DNA of 64,000 nucleotides from a virus. The notes below the pieces were generated by a model. The model ran no database searches and had not been told where the DNA came from. It saw only the letters and a program-made list of their open reading frames with translations. The stretch spans positions 1 to 64,000 of the IMG/VR virus record IMGVR_UViG_3300031548_000002. One strand, given 5' to 3'. The translations under genes were made by a program, and so were the position numbers. Below, one piece after another: positions 8,540 to 18,030 of the stretch (within the stretch, counting starts at the first letter, position 1; every line of letters begins with the position of its first letter).

Positions 8540-9496
8540 GTGGAGAACGAAGTGAGCACGGCGGATGCGGGACGCGAGGTGCACCGGCGCGACGCGGACG
8601 GGAACCTGACGGTGTGGGGCGCGCGGGACGTCCTGCTGGATCTGCTCAGTGAGGTCAGCATGGGTCCGGTGCAGCGTGATAAGACCACGCGTCTGCTGGA
8701 GTGCGCGCTGGATGACCTCGAGGACGCCGTGAGGCGGACGCACGACGCGTTCGGCTGTGTGGAGACGCGCGACGCGGACGGCGAGGTGCGTGAGCGGTAC
8801 GTCTGCCCGCCGTGCGCGGCGAGCGAGCTCACGCGCGAGCGGACGTCCGGCGAGTGCGTGACGGTCATCCCGCCGAAGCTCTACGACGAGCTGGTGCGTG
8901 ACGATGACATCGATGATGCGGGCTACGAGGCGTACGCCCGCGCGCCGGACGCTGAGGACCGCGCCGTCGCGGCCGCGCGGCGGGAGCGTCGCATCGTGCG
9001 GTCCGGCGACCCGGCGGCTGACGATGCGCACTGGGTCGAGCTCAAGCGGCTCATCGGCCTGGAGCGCGCGCCGCTGACGGACGATGAGCGCGCGGCGGTG
9101 GACGTCATCAAGCGGCGGATCTTCTCCGGGCTGCCCGTGGAGCGCGACCCGAGCCGGGACGCGGTGCGCGACGTCCGCGCCGACCGCGATACGAATGCCC
9201 GCGACGACGAGAGCCGCTGGGCGACGACGTCACCGCCGATCACGGAGGCGGCGATCGGCGCCGTGCGGCTGGAGAAGCCGGTGATCGTGAGGGCGGGTGA
9301 GAGCGTCGTCCTGCGCTTCACGCTGGACGACGGCACCGTCGTCCCGATGACGCTACGCTGGGCGCACCCGCTGGACACGAGCCGGCCGCCGGGAGGCTGG
9401 GGCGCGCAGGCGGAGGAGCCGTGCGCCGGAGCCGAAGCCGGAGCCGGCGCCGACGACGAGTGGTACGACGAGTGGTACGACGAGGAGAACAGCTGA
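8540..9496 (+). CDS. hypothetical protein
   Basis: 318 aa, GACACGAGAGGA leader. Confidence 0.7.
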   Translation: MENEVSTADAGREVHRRDADGNLTVWGARDVLLDLLSEVSMGPVQRDKTTRLLECALDDLEDAVRRTHDAFGCVETRDADGEVRERYVCPPCAASELTRERTSGECVTVIPPKLYDELVRDDDIDDAGYEAYARAPDAEDRAVAAARRERRIVRSGDPAADDAHWVELKRLIGLERAPLTDDERAAVDVIKRRIFSGLPVERDPSRDAVRDVRADRDTNARDDESRWATTSPPITEAAIGAVRLEKPVIVRAGESVVLRFTLDDGTVVPMTLRWAHPLDTSRPPGGWGAQAEEPCAGAEAGAGADDEWYDEWYDEENS

Positions 9497-9720
9497 TGAC
9501 GATGAGTGAGGACGACGCGGTGCGTGCACCTGCGGAGTGGGTCTCCAAGCACACGAACCCCTGGCGGGCGCCGGAGCTCGTCGCGGAGCTCGAGGCCGAG
9601 GACCCCACCCAGCCCCACCAGCGGCTGGTGTGGGACGACGCGGTGAACGACCTCCGCCGCATCACGGACGCCGAGCTGCTCGCCCTGGGCGTGGCGGCCG
9701 CGGGCGGGGAGGAGTCCTGA
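9496..9720 (+). CDS. hypothetical protein
   Basis: TGATG coupling on both sides. Confidence 0.6.
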   Translation: MTMSEDDAVRAPAEWVSKHTNPWRAPELVAELEAEDPTQPHQRLVWDDAVNDLRRITDAELLALGVAAAGGEES

Positions 9721-10034
9721 TGGGCGTCGAGACCGAGGTGCGCGAGGTGGAGGTCCGCATCGTGCGGTGCGACTGGTTCACGCGGGACGCGTTCGGCGGC
9801 CGCCTGGACGCGTGCGACGCCGTCACGACGGAGTTCCTGCCGGACGTCACGGAGCAGCAGGGCGGGCCCGTGCTGCTCAACGCCCACTGGCTCCAGCTGC
9901 GCACGGGCGGGATTAAGCAGTGGTACTTCTGCTCGCACACCCACCTGGCGGACTGGGTCGCGGGCCCGGGCGCCGAGGTGCTGGATCACGGCGCGCAGTC
10001 GCTCGCCACCAAGCGGACGCGGAGCCTGACGTGA
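9720..10034 (+). CDS. putative Zn-binding protein
   Basis: VRCD...CD...WYFCSHTH; coupled start. Confidence 0.6.
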   Translation: MGVETEVREVEVRIVRCDWFTRDAFGGRLDACDAVTTEFLPDVTEQQGGPVLLNAHWLQLRTGGIKQWYFCSHTHLADWVAGPGAEVLDHGAQSLATKRTRSLT

Positions 10035-10276
10035 GTGGCACGACGGCGCCGGGAAGCGTCGAGGCGGTGGTCACGGACGTCATCACGTTGGCCGGCCGGA
10101 TGATGGAGAACGCCCGGGAGAGCGAGCGCGCCGGTCGCATCTACCCGGGGCCGTACCTAGGTGAGCTCGAGGACCTGCTGGACGAGCACGCCCGCGCCGT
10201 GGAGGCGCGGCTGTTGGGCTGCATGCGCGACGAGCTGGCTCGGCGGATCACAGAGCGCGAGGAGGCAGGCCCGTGA
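10031..10276 (+). CDS. hypothetical protein
   Basis: GTGA overlaps. Confidence 0.55.
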   Translation: MSGTTAPGSVEAVVTDVITLAGRMMENARESERAGRIYPGPYLGELEDLLDEHARAVEARLLGCMRDELARRITEREEAGP

Positions 10277-10416
10277 GGAACCTGCTGCTCGCCCTCGCGG
10301 CCGGCTGCGAGCTCGCGGCGCTGGTGCTGATCGTCGTGCGCAATGACATGCGCGCGTACGTGGCGGCGCCGGTCGCGGTGGGCTGCCTGCTGCTGATCTT
10401 GGGACACGTCACGTGA
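10273..10416 (+). CDS. small 2-TM membrane protein
   Basis: MRNLLLALAAGCELAALVLIVV...; GGAGG RBS, GTGA overlaps. Confidence 0.55.
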   Translation: MRNLLLALAAGCELAALVLIVVRNDMRAYVAAPVAVGCLLLILGHVT

Positions 10417-10679
10417 CCGCCGCGGGCCGCACGTCGCACGTCCTCGATGCGAAGTACCTGGCCCGGCGCATCAACGAGCGCAAGGAGCTGCTGGGCCTCA
10501 CGTGGCACGAGGTCTGCGCGGAGGTCGGCGTCACGCACGACGCGCTGTGGCGGATCCGCTCGCTGGCCCGCACGCCGCGCGGCGACACACTGGTCTCGAT
10601 CCTCGTGTGGCTGGGCGTCACGGACGTCTGGGACTTCACGGTGGAGCGCGGCGCCGAGAGTCTCGCCGCCGATGTTTGA
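10413..10679 (+). CDS. XRE/Cro-like HTH protein
   Basis: GLTWHEVCAEVGVTHDALWRI...PRGDTLVSILVWLG. Confidence 0.7.
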   Translation: MTAAGRTSHVLDAKYLARRINERKELLGLTWHEVCAEVGVTHDALWRIRSLARTPRGDTLVSILVWLGVTDVWDFTVERGAESLAADV

Positions 10680-10743
10680 ACCGGGTCGCCCGCGGGTACA
10701 CTAGTGAGGCGGAGTCGGTGCGACCGCGCCGACGCGCTAAGGA

Positions 10744-11064
10744 GTGATTCGTGTGAGCGGCACCGGCTGGCAAGCGTGGTACGTGGCCAAGCACCCAGAC
10801 GGCTCGTGGAACTTCGGCGTCACCACGAAGGTCGTGGTGATGCAGTGGAACGCGGTGGAGGTCACCGGCGGCCTGGGCGTCGAGGTCCACGGCTTCGTCG
10901 TCGACCCCACGAGGTTCGGCGAGACCGGCGGGCTCGTGCCCGCGGGGACCGTCGTCATCCCGGGCTACGACGGCCCGCACAACGACCAGTACTTCGTCAC
11001 GTACCTGCGCGACGACGAGGACGACGAAGAGTGCTCGCGCATCGCGAGCGTCATGACCTCGTAG
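10744..11064 (+). CDS. hypothetical protein
   Basis: AAGGAG RBS; 106 aa. Confidence 0.6.
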   Translation: MIRVSGTGWQAWYVAKHPDGSWNFGVTTKVVVMQWNAVEVTGGLGVEVHGFVVDPTRFGETGGLVPAGTVVIPGYDGPHNDQYFVTYLRDDEDDEECSRIASVMTS

Positions 11065-11354
11065 GCTAGCGCCGCCGACGGCCGGGTGACCGGCCCGCGC
11101 GGCGCCCGAGATGAGGCGCGAGCCGGTACCGAAGCGGCTCGCGCCTCGCCTGTGCTAGGATCCAACCAGCGGGCGGCCTACGCCGCCTGGAGGACGACCG
11201 GAGGACTCGTGATCGACGTCACGGACCGCGACCGCCCCGCGTTCGCCTTCAGCCACTACGCGCGCGGCGAGTCGGGAGCGCCGTGACCGTGTCTCTGGAC
11301 TGGAAGCCTCACCAGCCTCGGCCCCACGGCGGGGCGGCTGGTGAGGAGAACGAG

Positions 11355-11549
11355 ATGGCGCGCTCGGCGCACCGCAGGTGGAAGGGCTGCTGCATCATGT
11401 GCGGCTTCCACACCCTGCGCGGCAACGGACCGGCGTACCGCGACGCGTTCAGCGCGCAGCGGCGCCTGGGAGTGAAGCGACGGTACGGCCGCACGGAGGT
11501 CACCCGCCTCGCGGAGTGGCTGGCTGAGGTCGACGACGAGAACGAGTGA
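11355..11549 (+). CDS. small basic CxxC protein
   Basis: GAGGAG RBS; MARSAHRRWKGCCIMCGFH. Confidence 0.55.
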   Translation: MARSAHRRWKGCCIMCGFHTLRGNGPAYRDAFSAQRRLGVKRRYGRTEVTRLAEWLAEVDDENE

Positions 11550-11570
11550 CCGGCCGCGCACGTGAGCGGG

Positions 11571-11627
11571 TTGACCGACCCGCTCACGTGTGATATAGTA
11601 GACACGACCGATCGACACGACAGGAGG
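11571..11627 (+). promoter_or_regulatory. promoter TTGACC-N17-TATAGT with GACACGA leader and AGGAGG RBS
   Basis: consensus match; -35 sits inside an inverted repeat (11559-11590). Confidence 0.75.
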
Positions 11628-11632
11628 ACGAC

Positions 11633-11791
11633 GTGCCGGAGCTCGAGGGGTTCTTCGTGGGAGCCGCGCTGGCGGAGCTGGCGTTCACGGCGTTCTACGC
11701 CGTGAAGAAGGATGCGCGCAGGGCGCGGGTCTACGGCACGGCCACGGTGATCTTGATCATCCTGGCGCTCACCTGGCGGCACATCTTCTAG
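11633..11791 (+). CDS. small 2-TM membrane protein
   Basis: AGGAGG RBS; MPELEGFFVGAALAELAF... Confidence 0.6.
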   Translation: MPELEGFFVGAALAELAFTAFYAVKKDARRARVYGTATVILIILALTWRHIF

Positions 11792-11801
11792 GAGCGGCGA
11801 G

Positions 11802-12599
11802 GTGACCGAGCCCCCGGTCCAGCCGCGCTGGATCTTCGTGCACCAGGAGGTGCCCGCGGAGGTCTACCGCGCGCTGGACCGGGGGCTGCGCCGCGTCATC
11901 AGACGGTCCACCGCCACGCACGAGGCGACCCAGGCCGCGCTCCGCGAGGTGCGCGACCGGGACCACCGGCCGGGCGGGCTGCCGCCCCTCGACGTCGCGC
12001 TGGACGAGCACGGCATCCCGGAGGTCGTCGGGCGCGGGCCGAACGTCGCGCACTGCGTCCTGTTCCAGTCGCGCTGGCCGTGGTGCGAGCGGCACGCGGG
12101 AAGTGGTACGATTCATCCAGGAACGGGGCCGTGCCGCATTCACGGCGGCAACGCGCCAAGTGAGAGGAGGCGAGGCGCCGTGGTGACCGCTCACGCCATC
12201 GCGCGGACGATCAACGTCGACCCGTGGGAGGCCCTCATCGTCGTGATGAACCGCGCCTACGCGTGGGGCGCCTTCTACCAGGCCATGCTCGCCACCGTCA
12301 CGGATGATGACGACCTACGCCCCGGCGGCGCGGCGTGGGACTGGGTGAAGGGCGCGGAGCGCTGCACGGACCTCACGGCCCGGTACGCCAAGATGGCGCT
12401 GGACGCCGGGGTCGCGGAGCGCGCGGTCCAGCAGGTCGAGCTGCAGGGCCAGCTCATCGCCCAGGTGCTGGGCGCGACGATCCACGAGCTCGCGCTGGAC
12501 GACGCCACCGAGGTGCGTGCCCGGGCGATCATGGAGACCCAGCTGCGCGCGCTGGCCGAGGCGGGCCGCATCACACTCATCGAGGGGGAGCTCGCGTGA
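11802..12599 (+). CDS. putative terminase small subunit
   Basis: C...GTIHPGTGPCRIHGG motif followed by a helical region (YAKMALDAGVAER), a pattern I recall from actinophage TerS-like proteins. Confidence 0.55.
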   Translation: MTEPPVQPRWIFVHQEVPAEVYRALDRGLRRVIRRSTATHEATQAALREVRDRDHRPGGLPPLDVALDEHGIPEVVGRGPNVAHCVLFQSRWPWCERHAGSGTIHPGTGPCRIHGGNAPSERRRGAVVTAHAIARTINVDPWEALIVVMNRAYAWGAFYQAMLATVTDDDDLRPGGAAWDWVKGAERCTDLTARYAKMALDAGVAERAVQQVELQGQLIAQVLGATIHELALDDATEVRARAIMETQLRALAEAGRITLIEGELA

Positions 12600-12723
12600 G
12601 GATTGTGCGTCGCCCAGCTGGGCATCGCGATCATCGCCGACGCGCTGGCCACCTACGCCGTCGACCGGCACCAGGCGATCTTGGACGACATCACCTGATT
12701 CACCACCCACACGGGCCACGCGG

Positions 12724-12781
12724 TTGACACCGCACGGCTCATGTGATATATTGGAACCAGCACGAACCACCGACACGACAC
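12724..12781 (+). promoter_or_regulatory. promoter TTGACA-N17-TATATT with GACACGACAC leader
   Basis: consensus match. Confidence 0.75.
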
Positions 12782-12805
12782 GTCACAATGAATGAGGATG
12801 ATCAC

Positions 12806-13003
12806 GTGAACACCACCGCCACCGTCACCGTTCCGACCGACGTCGCGTACACCGACAAGATCGACAAGCACATCCAGCGCACCTTCGACTGCACCTTCAA
12901 GATCTGGCGCAAGCGGCCCAGCGGCGGGACCACCACACTGGAGGTCAGCAGCCCGCGGGCCGACGCCATCGCGGCCGAGATCGCGCGAGTCTTCGGCGGC
13001 TGA
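12806..13003 (+). CDS. hypothetical protein
   Basis: GAGGA RBS, downstream of a promoter. Confidence 0.6.
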   Translation: MNTTATVTVPTDVAYTDKIDKHIQRTFDCTFKIWRKRPSGGTTTLEVSSPRADAIAAEIARVFGG

Positions 13004-13007
13004 CGCC

Positions 13008-13202
13008 GTGGCTTGCGACTGGCACGTGAGCCAGCAGGACACCGGCCGTCGGCACGTCCAGGTGAAGAACGGCAGGCGCTACGAGTCGATCATCTGGGTG
13101 TACGACTGGACCGCCACGTGCGGTAAGTGCCGCGGCGGCTACTCGGCCAAGGCGGACGCCGTCACGGCGGCGATCGCGCACTGCCGCGGCTGCACCAAGT
13201 GA
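13008..13202 (+). CDS. small Cys-rich protein
   Basis: WTATCGKC...AHCRGC. Confidence 0.6.
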   Translation: MACDWHVSQQDTGRRHVQVKNGRRYESIIWVYDWTATCGKCRGGYSAKADAVTAAIAHCRGCTK

Positions 13203-13207
13203 CCGCG

Positions 13208-13244
13208 CAACCCAACCCAACCCAATCCAACCCAACCCAACCCA
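13208..13244 (+). repeat. (CAACC)n microsatellite, about 7 copies
   Basis: caacccaacccaacccaatccaacccaacccaaccca upstream of a GAGGAGG RBS. Confidence 0.85.
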
Positions 13245-13266
13245 TCACCCACCGAGGAGGACCATC

Positions 13267-13494
13267 GTGCACGCATTCGACGCGCCGTCCGGGCGCACCT
13301 ACTTCCACGACGGCGACATGGCACCTGGGAGCACGGTGGAGTTCGAGACCACGGTGCGGCGCGAGCGGACGGTGATCTCGATCCCGATGGAGGACGTCCT
13401 CGCGCTGGCCGCCGCGCACCTCCGTGGCCTGCGCATCGCCAAGCTGGAGAGCGCCAGCTACGACGAGATCCTCGGCATTCTGACGAAGGAGTAA
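13267..13494 (+). CDS. hypothetical protein
   Basis: GAGGAGG RBS. Confidence 0.7.
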   Translation: MHAFDAPSGRTYFHDGDMAPGSTVEFETTVRRERTVISIPMEDVLALAAAHLRGLRIAKLESASYDEILGILTKE

Positions 13495-13495
13495 G

Positions 13496-13756
13496 ATGAC
13501 GTACACCGTGAAGTCCACACTGCAGGTTCGCTGTGATGCGGCCTCGTGCGGCAGCATGAGCACCGGGCAGGCCGCCACAGCGTCGGTCGTGGTGGGCGAC
13601 GCCTTCGACCGCGATGAGGTCGCCGACGTCGTCGCGGTCGCCGTGCGCGGCCTGCGCGAGACCGGCTGGAAGATCGTCGTCGAGTTCATCGACGGTCACC
13701 CCGTCGCGTTCTTCTACTGCTGCACGGCGCACGCGCGATCCGGCCTGGGCGGGTAG
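13496..13756 (+). CDS. putative Zn-binding protein
   Basis: VRCDAASC...FYCCTAH; AAGGAG RBS. Confidence 0.65.
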   Translation: MTYTVKSTLQVRCDAASCGSMSTGQAATASVVVGDAFDRDEVADVVAVAVRGLRETGWKIVVEFIDGHPVAFFYCCTAHARSGLGG

Positions 13757-13821
13757 CCCAGGCCGCCGGTTCGGCGGCCCGCCGGAGGCCACTCGGGGAC
13801 TCGGCCTCCGGCGAACCGTCG

Positions 13822-13872
13822 TTGACAACCTAACTCTTGCGTGATATACTGGACCTACTGATCACGACACGA
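13822..13872 (+). promoter_or_regulatory. promoter TTGACA-N17-TATACT with GACACGA leader
   Basis: consensus match, preceded by a hairpin. Confidence 0.75.
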
Positions 13873-13903
13873 CTCGACCCGACCCGACCCGACGGAGACC
13901 ACC

Positions 13904-14239
13904 GTGACGATGATTCACCCCAACGCCCACAAGCTCGTGAGCGCCCTGGACCACCTGATGCGCGCCCGCGCCAGCCTCATGGACTGCCTGAGTGGGCCGG
14001 GCGACGCGCTCAGCACACCCGAGGGCCGGCGACGCATCACCGCATTGGACGACCTCGTCCGCGAGGTGGTGGCCGAGCTGCACGCGTGCACCGGCGTCAC
14101 CACGCCGCCTACCACTGTTACCGGCCGAAACCCCACTGAGAGCGCGCGGTACGACACGGAGTGGTACCGCGCACGCGCTCACGCGCGTGCGTGGGGCTTG
14201 TCGGGCCGTGTCCACGATGAAGAGAGGAATGAGCGATGA
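13904..14239 (+). CDS. hypothetical protein
   Basis: GGAG RBS. Confidence 0.65.
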   Translation: MTMIHPNAHKLVSALDHLMRARASLMDCLSGPGDALSTPEGRRRITALDDLVREVVAELHACTGVTTPPTTVTGRNPTESARYDTEWYRARAHARAWGLSGRVHDEERNER

Positions 14240-14574
14240 AGATCGAGTTCGACTCGCAGGTGCGCTACGCCTGCGACGGCTGCGGCGAGTCCGTCACCGT
14301 GATCGTCGCCACCGGCATCGACGACCTGCACACGCACGAGGAGAACCTGCGCGCCGTGGCGCGCGTCGCGGCCGACACGATCGTGGGCATGCCGCCCAGC
14401 GCGTGGGCGCTGGAGAACATGCCGCCCGCGTGGCGCGCCACCGTCATCAAGCAGGCCGGCCCGGAGGGGAAGATCCAGACGCTCGTCACCTGCACGCAAG
14501 CCTGCGCCGACCGCGCGCTGGGCCGGCGGCCCGACTACCCGCTCGCGGACGCGCCTACCACCTCGGCGTCGTAG
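14236..14574 (+). CDS. putative Zn-binding protein
   Basis: YACDGC...TCTQAC. Confidence 0.65.
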   Translation: MKIEFDSQVRYACDGCGESVTVIVATGIDDLHTHEENLRAVARVAADTIVGMPPSAWALENMPPAWRATVIKQAGPEGKIQTLVTCTQACADRALGRRPDYPLADAPTTSAS

Positions 14575-14692
14575 GTGTGGTGGCTGGTGGGCGCCGTGCT
14601 CTTCACGGCGCCTATCCTGATCTTCACCGCCGCGGTGCTGCTCGACCACATCATACACGGGCCCAACCAGCCCCCACCCCGCAGGAGAGACC

Positions 14693-14866
14693 ATGAGTGA
14701 GTTCCACGTCAACCCGAGCCCGAAGAACGAGAACGAGAACGCCCAGCCGGAGCGGCGGATGTCGGACCGCGAGTACCGGCTCCTCGCGACGATGGTGTAC
14801 GCGCTGGTCGCGCTGCTCACCGTCGCGACGGTGTCGGTCATCGTCTTCGCGTTCACGCGAGGCTAG
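14693..14866 (+). CDS. small single-TM protein
   Basis: AGGAG RBS; MSEFHVNP...LLATMVYALVALLTVATVSVIVFAF. Confidence 0.6.
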   Translation: MSEFHVNPSPKNENENAQPERRMSDREYRLLATMVYALVALLTVATVSVIVFAFTRG

Positions 14867-14928
14867 GCCGCGCCCAGCGCCCGCGGTCACCCGGCCGCCG
14901 GCGCCCCACCTCACGAGAGGAGACCGCC

Positions 14929-15219
14929 GTGACGCACGCATCGAACTCCGACTACGAGTACTACGAGTCACAGGCCCGAGCGCGTGACCTGCTGCACCTG
15001 ATCACCCAGGCCGCCGACGACCTGGCCAACGCGGCCGAGCACTATCACGAGTACACGGCGGACGGCAAGCAGGTCATCGCGAGCCACGCCGCCGCCCTGC
15101 TGGGCCTGCTCGGCGCGCTGAAGAAGATCGGCGAGCTGAGCGCCGAGCTCGACCGGCGCGATGACGCCCTGCTCGAGGCACGAGCGGATGAGGCACGCGC
15201 CTCGTACGACGCGGAGTAA
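14929..15219 (+). CDS. hypothetical helical protein
   Basis: GAGGAG RBS. Confidence 0.65.
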   Translation: MTHASNSDYEYYESQARARDLLHLITQAADDLANAAEHYHEYTADGKQVIASHAAALLGLLGALKKIGELSAELDRRDDALLEARADEARASYDAE

Positions 15220-15277
15220 GCCACGACACATGTGGTAGACTACCGACAACGGACACGATAAGATGCGACGGAGGTGA

Positions 15278-16042
15278 GTGCACGTGAAGCCCAAGACGCC
15301 TCGGCGCGACCCGCGCGCTGCGACGCAGCTTGCGCGTGAACGTGCAGCCCAGGCCCAGGCCGTGGCGACGAGCGACTCACGTGTCACAACCGCCGAGCGG
15401 ATCACCGCGTCCACCGTGGCCATTCAGGCGGCGGTGGAGTCGGTGATCACGGCCGAGTTCGACGGTGAACCTCGGGCCGCGCAGCGCGTTGTCCGGGCCC
15501 TGGCGAATGCGGGCTACGCGTTCTGCCTTGGCCCGGCGGCGCACGCCGCGACGCCCAGCGCTCGGCCCCGCAGGCCGCGCGGCGAGCCGTTGCACGAGCG
15601 CATTGCGGCGGCGTTGATCGCGACGGCTGAGGAGCTTGACCTGCCTATCACCATGGCGCAGGCCGGACGCCTCGCCACGGCAGTGACCGTCGAGGCGCGC
15701 CGGCCCACCGGCGGCACGCGGCGTCTCGAGCCGTACGCCGCCGTGAACGGCGTGCCCGACTACGCGGAGACTCCGCTGACGCACCGCGAGCGCCAGGTGC
15801 TCGCAGGCGCCGCGGCCGGGTGGTCGGATGAAGAGATCGCAGCGTGGCTGGGCATTCGACGCTTTACGGTGAAGTCGCACCTGAGCCGTATCTACAAGCG
15901 CCTTAACGCGCTCAATCGCACCAACGCTGTGGCTCTCGCGCTGAAGTGCGGTGAGCTGAAATTTGCGGATGTTCCCGTGCCGGCCGCGACCGCCGCGACC
16001 GCCGCGACCGCCGCGGCTGGCGCGAGTCAGGAGATGATGTGA
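15278..16042 (+). CDS. LuxR-family HTH regulator
   Basis: LTHRERQVL...GWSDEEIA...TVKSHLSRIYKRL..NRTNAV. Confidence 0.85.
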   Translation: MHVKPKTPRRDPRAATQLARERAAQAQAVATSDSRVTTAERITASTVAIQAAVESVITAEFDGEPRAAQRVVRALANAGYAFCLGPAAHAATPSARPRRPRGEPLHERIAAALIATAEELDLPITMAQAGRLATAVTVEARRPTGGTRRLEPYAAVNGVPDYAETPLTHRERQVLAGAAAGWSDEEIAAWLGIRRFTVKSHLSRIYKRLNALNRTNAVALALKCGELKFADVPVPAATAATAATAAAGASQEMM

Positions 16043-16398
16043 CTACACCGCTGCACGTCCACGCGCAGATCGAGCTCATTCAGGTCTGCGCGCTGGACCG
16101 CGCGCACCCGCTGTACTTCCACTACGCGCTGCGCGTTCAGTGCGTCGATGTGCGCAACGACCGCTGGCGGGTGACGTCGCCCCGCGAGCGGTTCCGGCTG
16201 CCCGACGAGGACGACCGCTCGTACGAGCTGTCCTCCGCGTACGAGCGTCTGGTGTCCACATATGACGAGGTCGAGCCGGTTGTGCTGGACTACGACGACG
16301 CTTGGCAGGATGCGTCCCAGCTCGCGCCGTACGCCCTCTGGGGCGAGGAGACGGCGGCCGACGTCGTCGCCGTCACCGAGAAGGGAGCGGCGCCGTGA
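16039..16398 (+). CDS. hypothetical protein
   Basis: GTGA overlaps. Confidence 0.6.
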   Translation: MTTPLHVHAQIELIQVCALDRAHPLYFHYALRVQCVDVRNDRWRVTSPRERFRLPDEDDRSYELSSAYERLVSTYDEVEPVVLDYDDAWQDASQLAPYALWGEETAADVVAVTEKGAAP

Positions 16399-16667
16399 CT
16401 GCCAAAGTCGAGACCAACATTGTGTTTGAGTGCGACTCACCGGACTGCGTGAAGAGACACTACGTCACGGTGCCCGACGCGGAGTTCCGCACGTGGTCGA
16501 ACACCTACGACTACGCCGACGAGTACCTGCCGGTCGGGTGGGCGCTGGTGAAGGCCAACCCGCGTGGTGTCACGGGGCGTAGGCGCTGGATCATCTGCTC
16601 CGCCGCCTGCATGGGCGAGTCGCTCCGGCACGACACCGTTGGCAGCTACCTGGGAGACACCGAGTGA
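16395..16667 (+). CDS. putative Zn-binding protein
   Basis: FECDSPDC...WIICSAAC. Confidence 0.6.
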   Translation: MTAKVETNIVFECDSPDCVKRHYVTVPDAEFRTWSNTYDYADEYLPVGWALVKANPRGVTGRRRWIICSAACMGESLRHDTVGSYLGDTE

Positions 16668-17173
16668 CCGAGCACGACCACGCGTACGCGCACGACGTCG
16701 ACCGCGCGCCCGCCGAGCACCTGCCGCACGACGTTGTGGTGCGGCAGGGCGCGCACGACTACCTCTCCACCGCGTGCTGGCACGGCCTGCACCCGCGCTG
16801 CCGCGATGACTGCAAGTTCTGCGCGGCGGAGTGCGCGTGCCGCTGCCACCGCGCGAAGTCCGACGATGACAATGGCGGCGGCTCGGCGCGAAGCGAGATC
16901 ACGGCGTTCATCACCGAGTGGACGCACGCGGCGGGCGCCCCGCTGGGCTACGTCCACGAGCGGCTCGAGCCGCTGCTCGACCGGTTCGCGTTCGACGTTC
17001 GCTACGCGGTGGAGAAGCGGACCTACGACGAGGCGATCCGCGAGGCGCTGGACGAGGTCCAGCGCGTCATCGACGCGCAAGACTGGACCGACCTGCTTAC
17101 GGACGGGCTCACTCTGGCGCGCGGTGTGATTCGCGAGCTGCTGATCAACCCGACGACGGAGGCAGTCGAGTGA
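16664..17173 (+). CDS. His/Cys-rich hypothetical protein
   Basis: HDYLSTACWHGLHPRCRDDCKFCAAECACRCH. Confidence 0.7.
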   Translation: MTEHDHAYAHDVDRAPAEHLPHDVVVRQGAHDYLSTACWHGLHPRCRDDCKFCAAECACRCHRAKSDDDNGGGSARSEITAFITEWTHAAGAPLGYVHERLEPLLDRFAFDVRYAVEKRTYDEAIREALDEVQRVIDAQDWTDLLTDGLTLARGVIRELLINPTTEAVE

Positions 17174-17952
17174 CGTACACCGTGAACCCGGACAGCTACG
17201 CAGAGCCGCTCGTGCTGCCCATGACGGTGATCTTCTTCGTGGGACTCGAGCAGGACTACTCGTGGGATGAGGGCCGTCTCTTCCGCCACGATGAGACGGG
17301 GCTCTACGCGTTCATCGCGGAGGGCGGCTGCTCGTGCAACTGGTACCTCTCGCACGTGGACGAGACCGACGCCGAGACCTTCGTGCGCTCGCAGGACTGG
17401 ACGCCGCTCGATCACCAGGTGAGTAAGGTCTTGGCGTACGTCAACTCGGATGAGGGTTACTACGGCAACGGACCGGCGTGGCGCGCCGAGCGCGTCGCCG
17501 CCTTCCAGCTGCTGCTCCGCTCGGAGCGCGCCCGTGAGCGGGCGTGGACAACTGGGACGGCATTGACTACGCGCACGAGCTGCACGCCCAGTACATACTT
17601 GAGGAAGAGGACGAAGAAGATGAGTGAGTACAGCACGGCGGGTATGACGATCACACAGCTGCGGCGGATCCTCGACCACGCCACGAACAAGCAGACCGGC
17701 CACGGGCTGTCCGAGGACACCGTGATCATTCTCGCAAAGGACTCGGAGGGCAACGGCTTCAGCCCCCTGGCCGGTTGGGCCGACGACGGGGTGTATCACC
17801 CGGAGAGCTCGTACGCCGGCGAGCTTCACAACTGGAATGCGGACGACGTCGACGACGATGACAGCTCCGGGCGCTACACATACGAGTACTGGCGCGAGCG
17901 CGCGCTGGCCGACGGCGGACTGCCCTGCCTCGTGCTCTGGCCGACCAACTGA
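17170..17952 (+). CDS. hypothetical; probably two genes in one frame (second starts at ATG 17620)
   Basis: GGCSC motif in the first half; DSEGNGFSPL...LVLWPTN in the second; see finding. Confidence 0.55.
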   Translation: MTYTVNPDSYAEPLVLPMTVIFFVGLEQDYSWDEGRLFRHDETGLYAFIAEGGCSCNWYLSHVDETDAETFVRSQDWTPLDHQVSKVLAYVNSDEGYYGNGPAWRAERVAAFQLLLRSERARERAWTTGTALTTRTSCTPSTYLRKRTKKMSEYSTAGMTITQLRRILDHATNKQTGHGLSEDTVIILAKDSEGNGFSPLAGWADDGVYHPESSYAGELHNWNADDVDDDDSSGRYTYEYWRERALADGGLPCLVLWPTN

Positions 17953-17969
17953 CTCGTTATGCATAGCGG

Positions 17970-18029
17970 TTGACGGCGGTCATCACGTGTGATATAGTAG
18001 TCGCAAGGCACGACACGACACGAGGAGGT
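17970..18029 (+). promoter_or_regulatory. promoter TTGACG-N17-TATAGT with CACGACACGACACGA leader
   Basis: consensus match; GAGGAGG RBS. Confidence 0.75.
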
Positions 18030-18030
18030 A

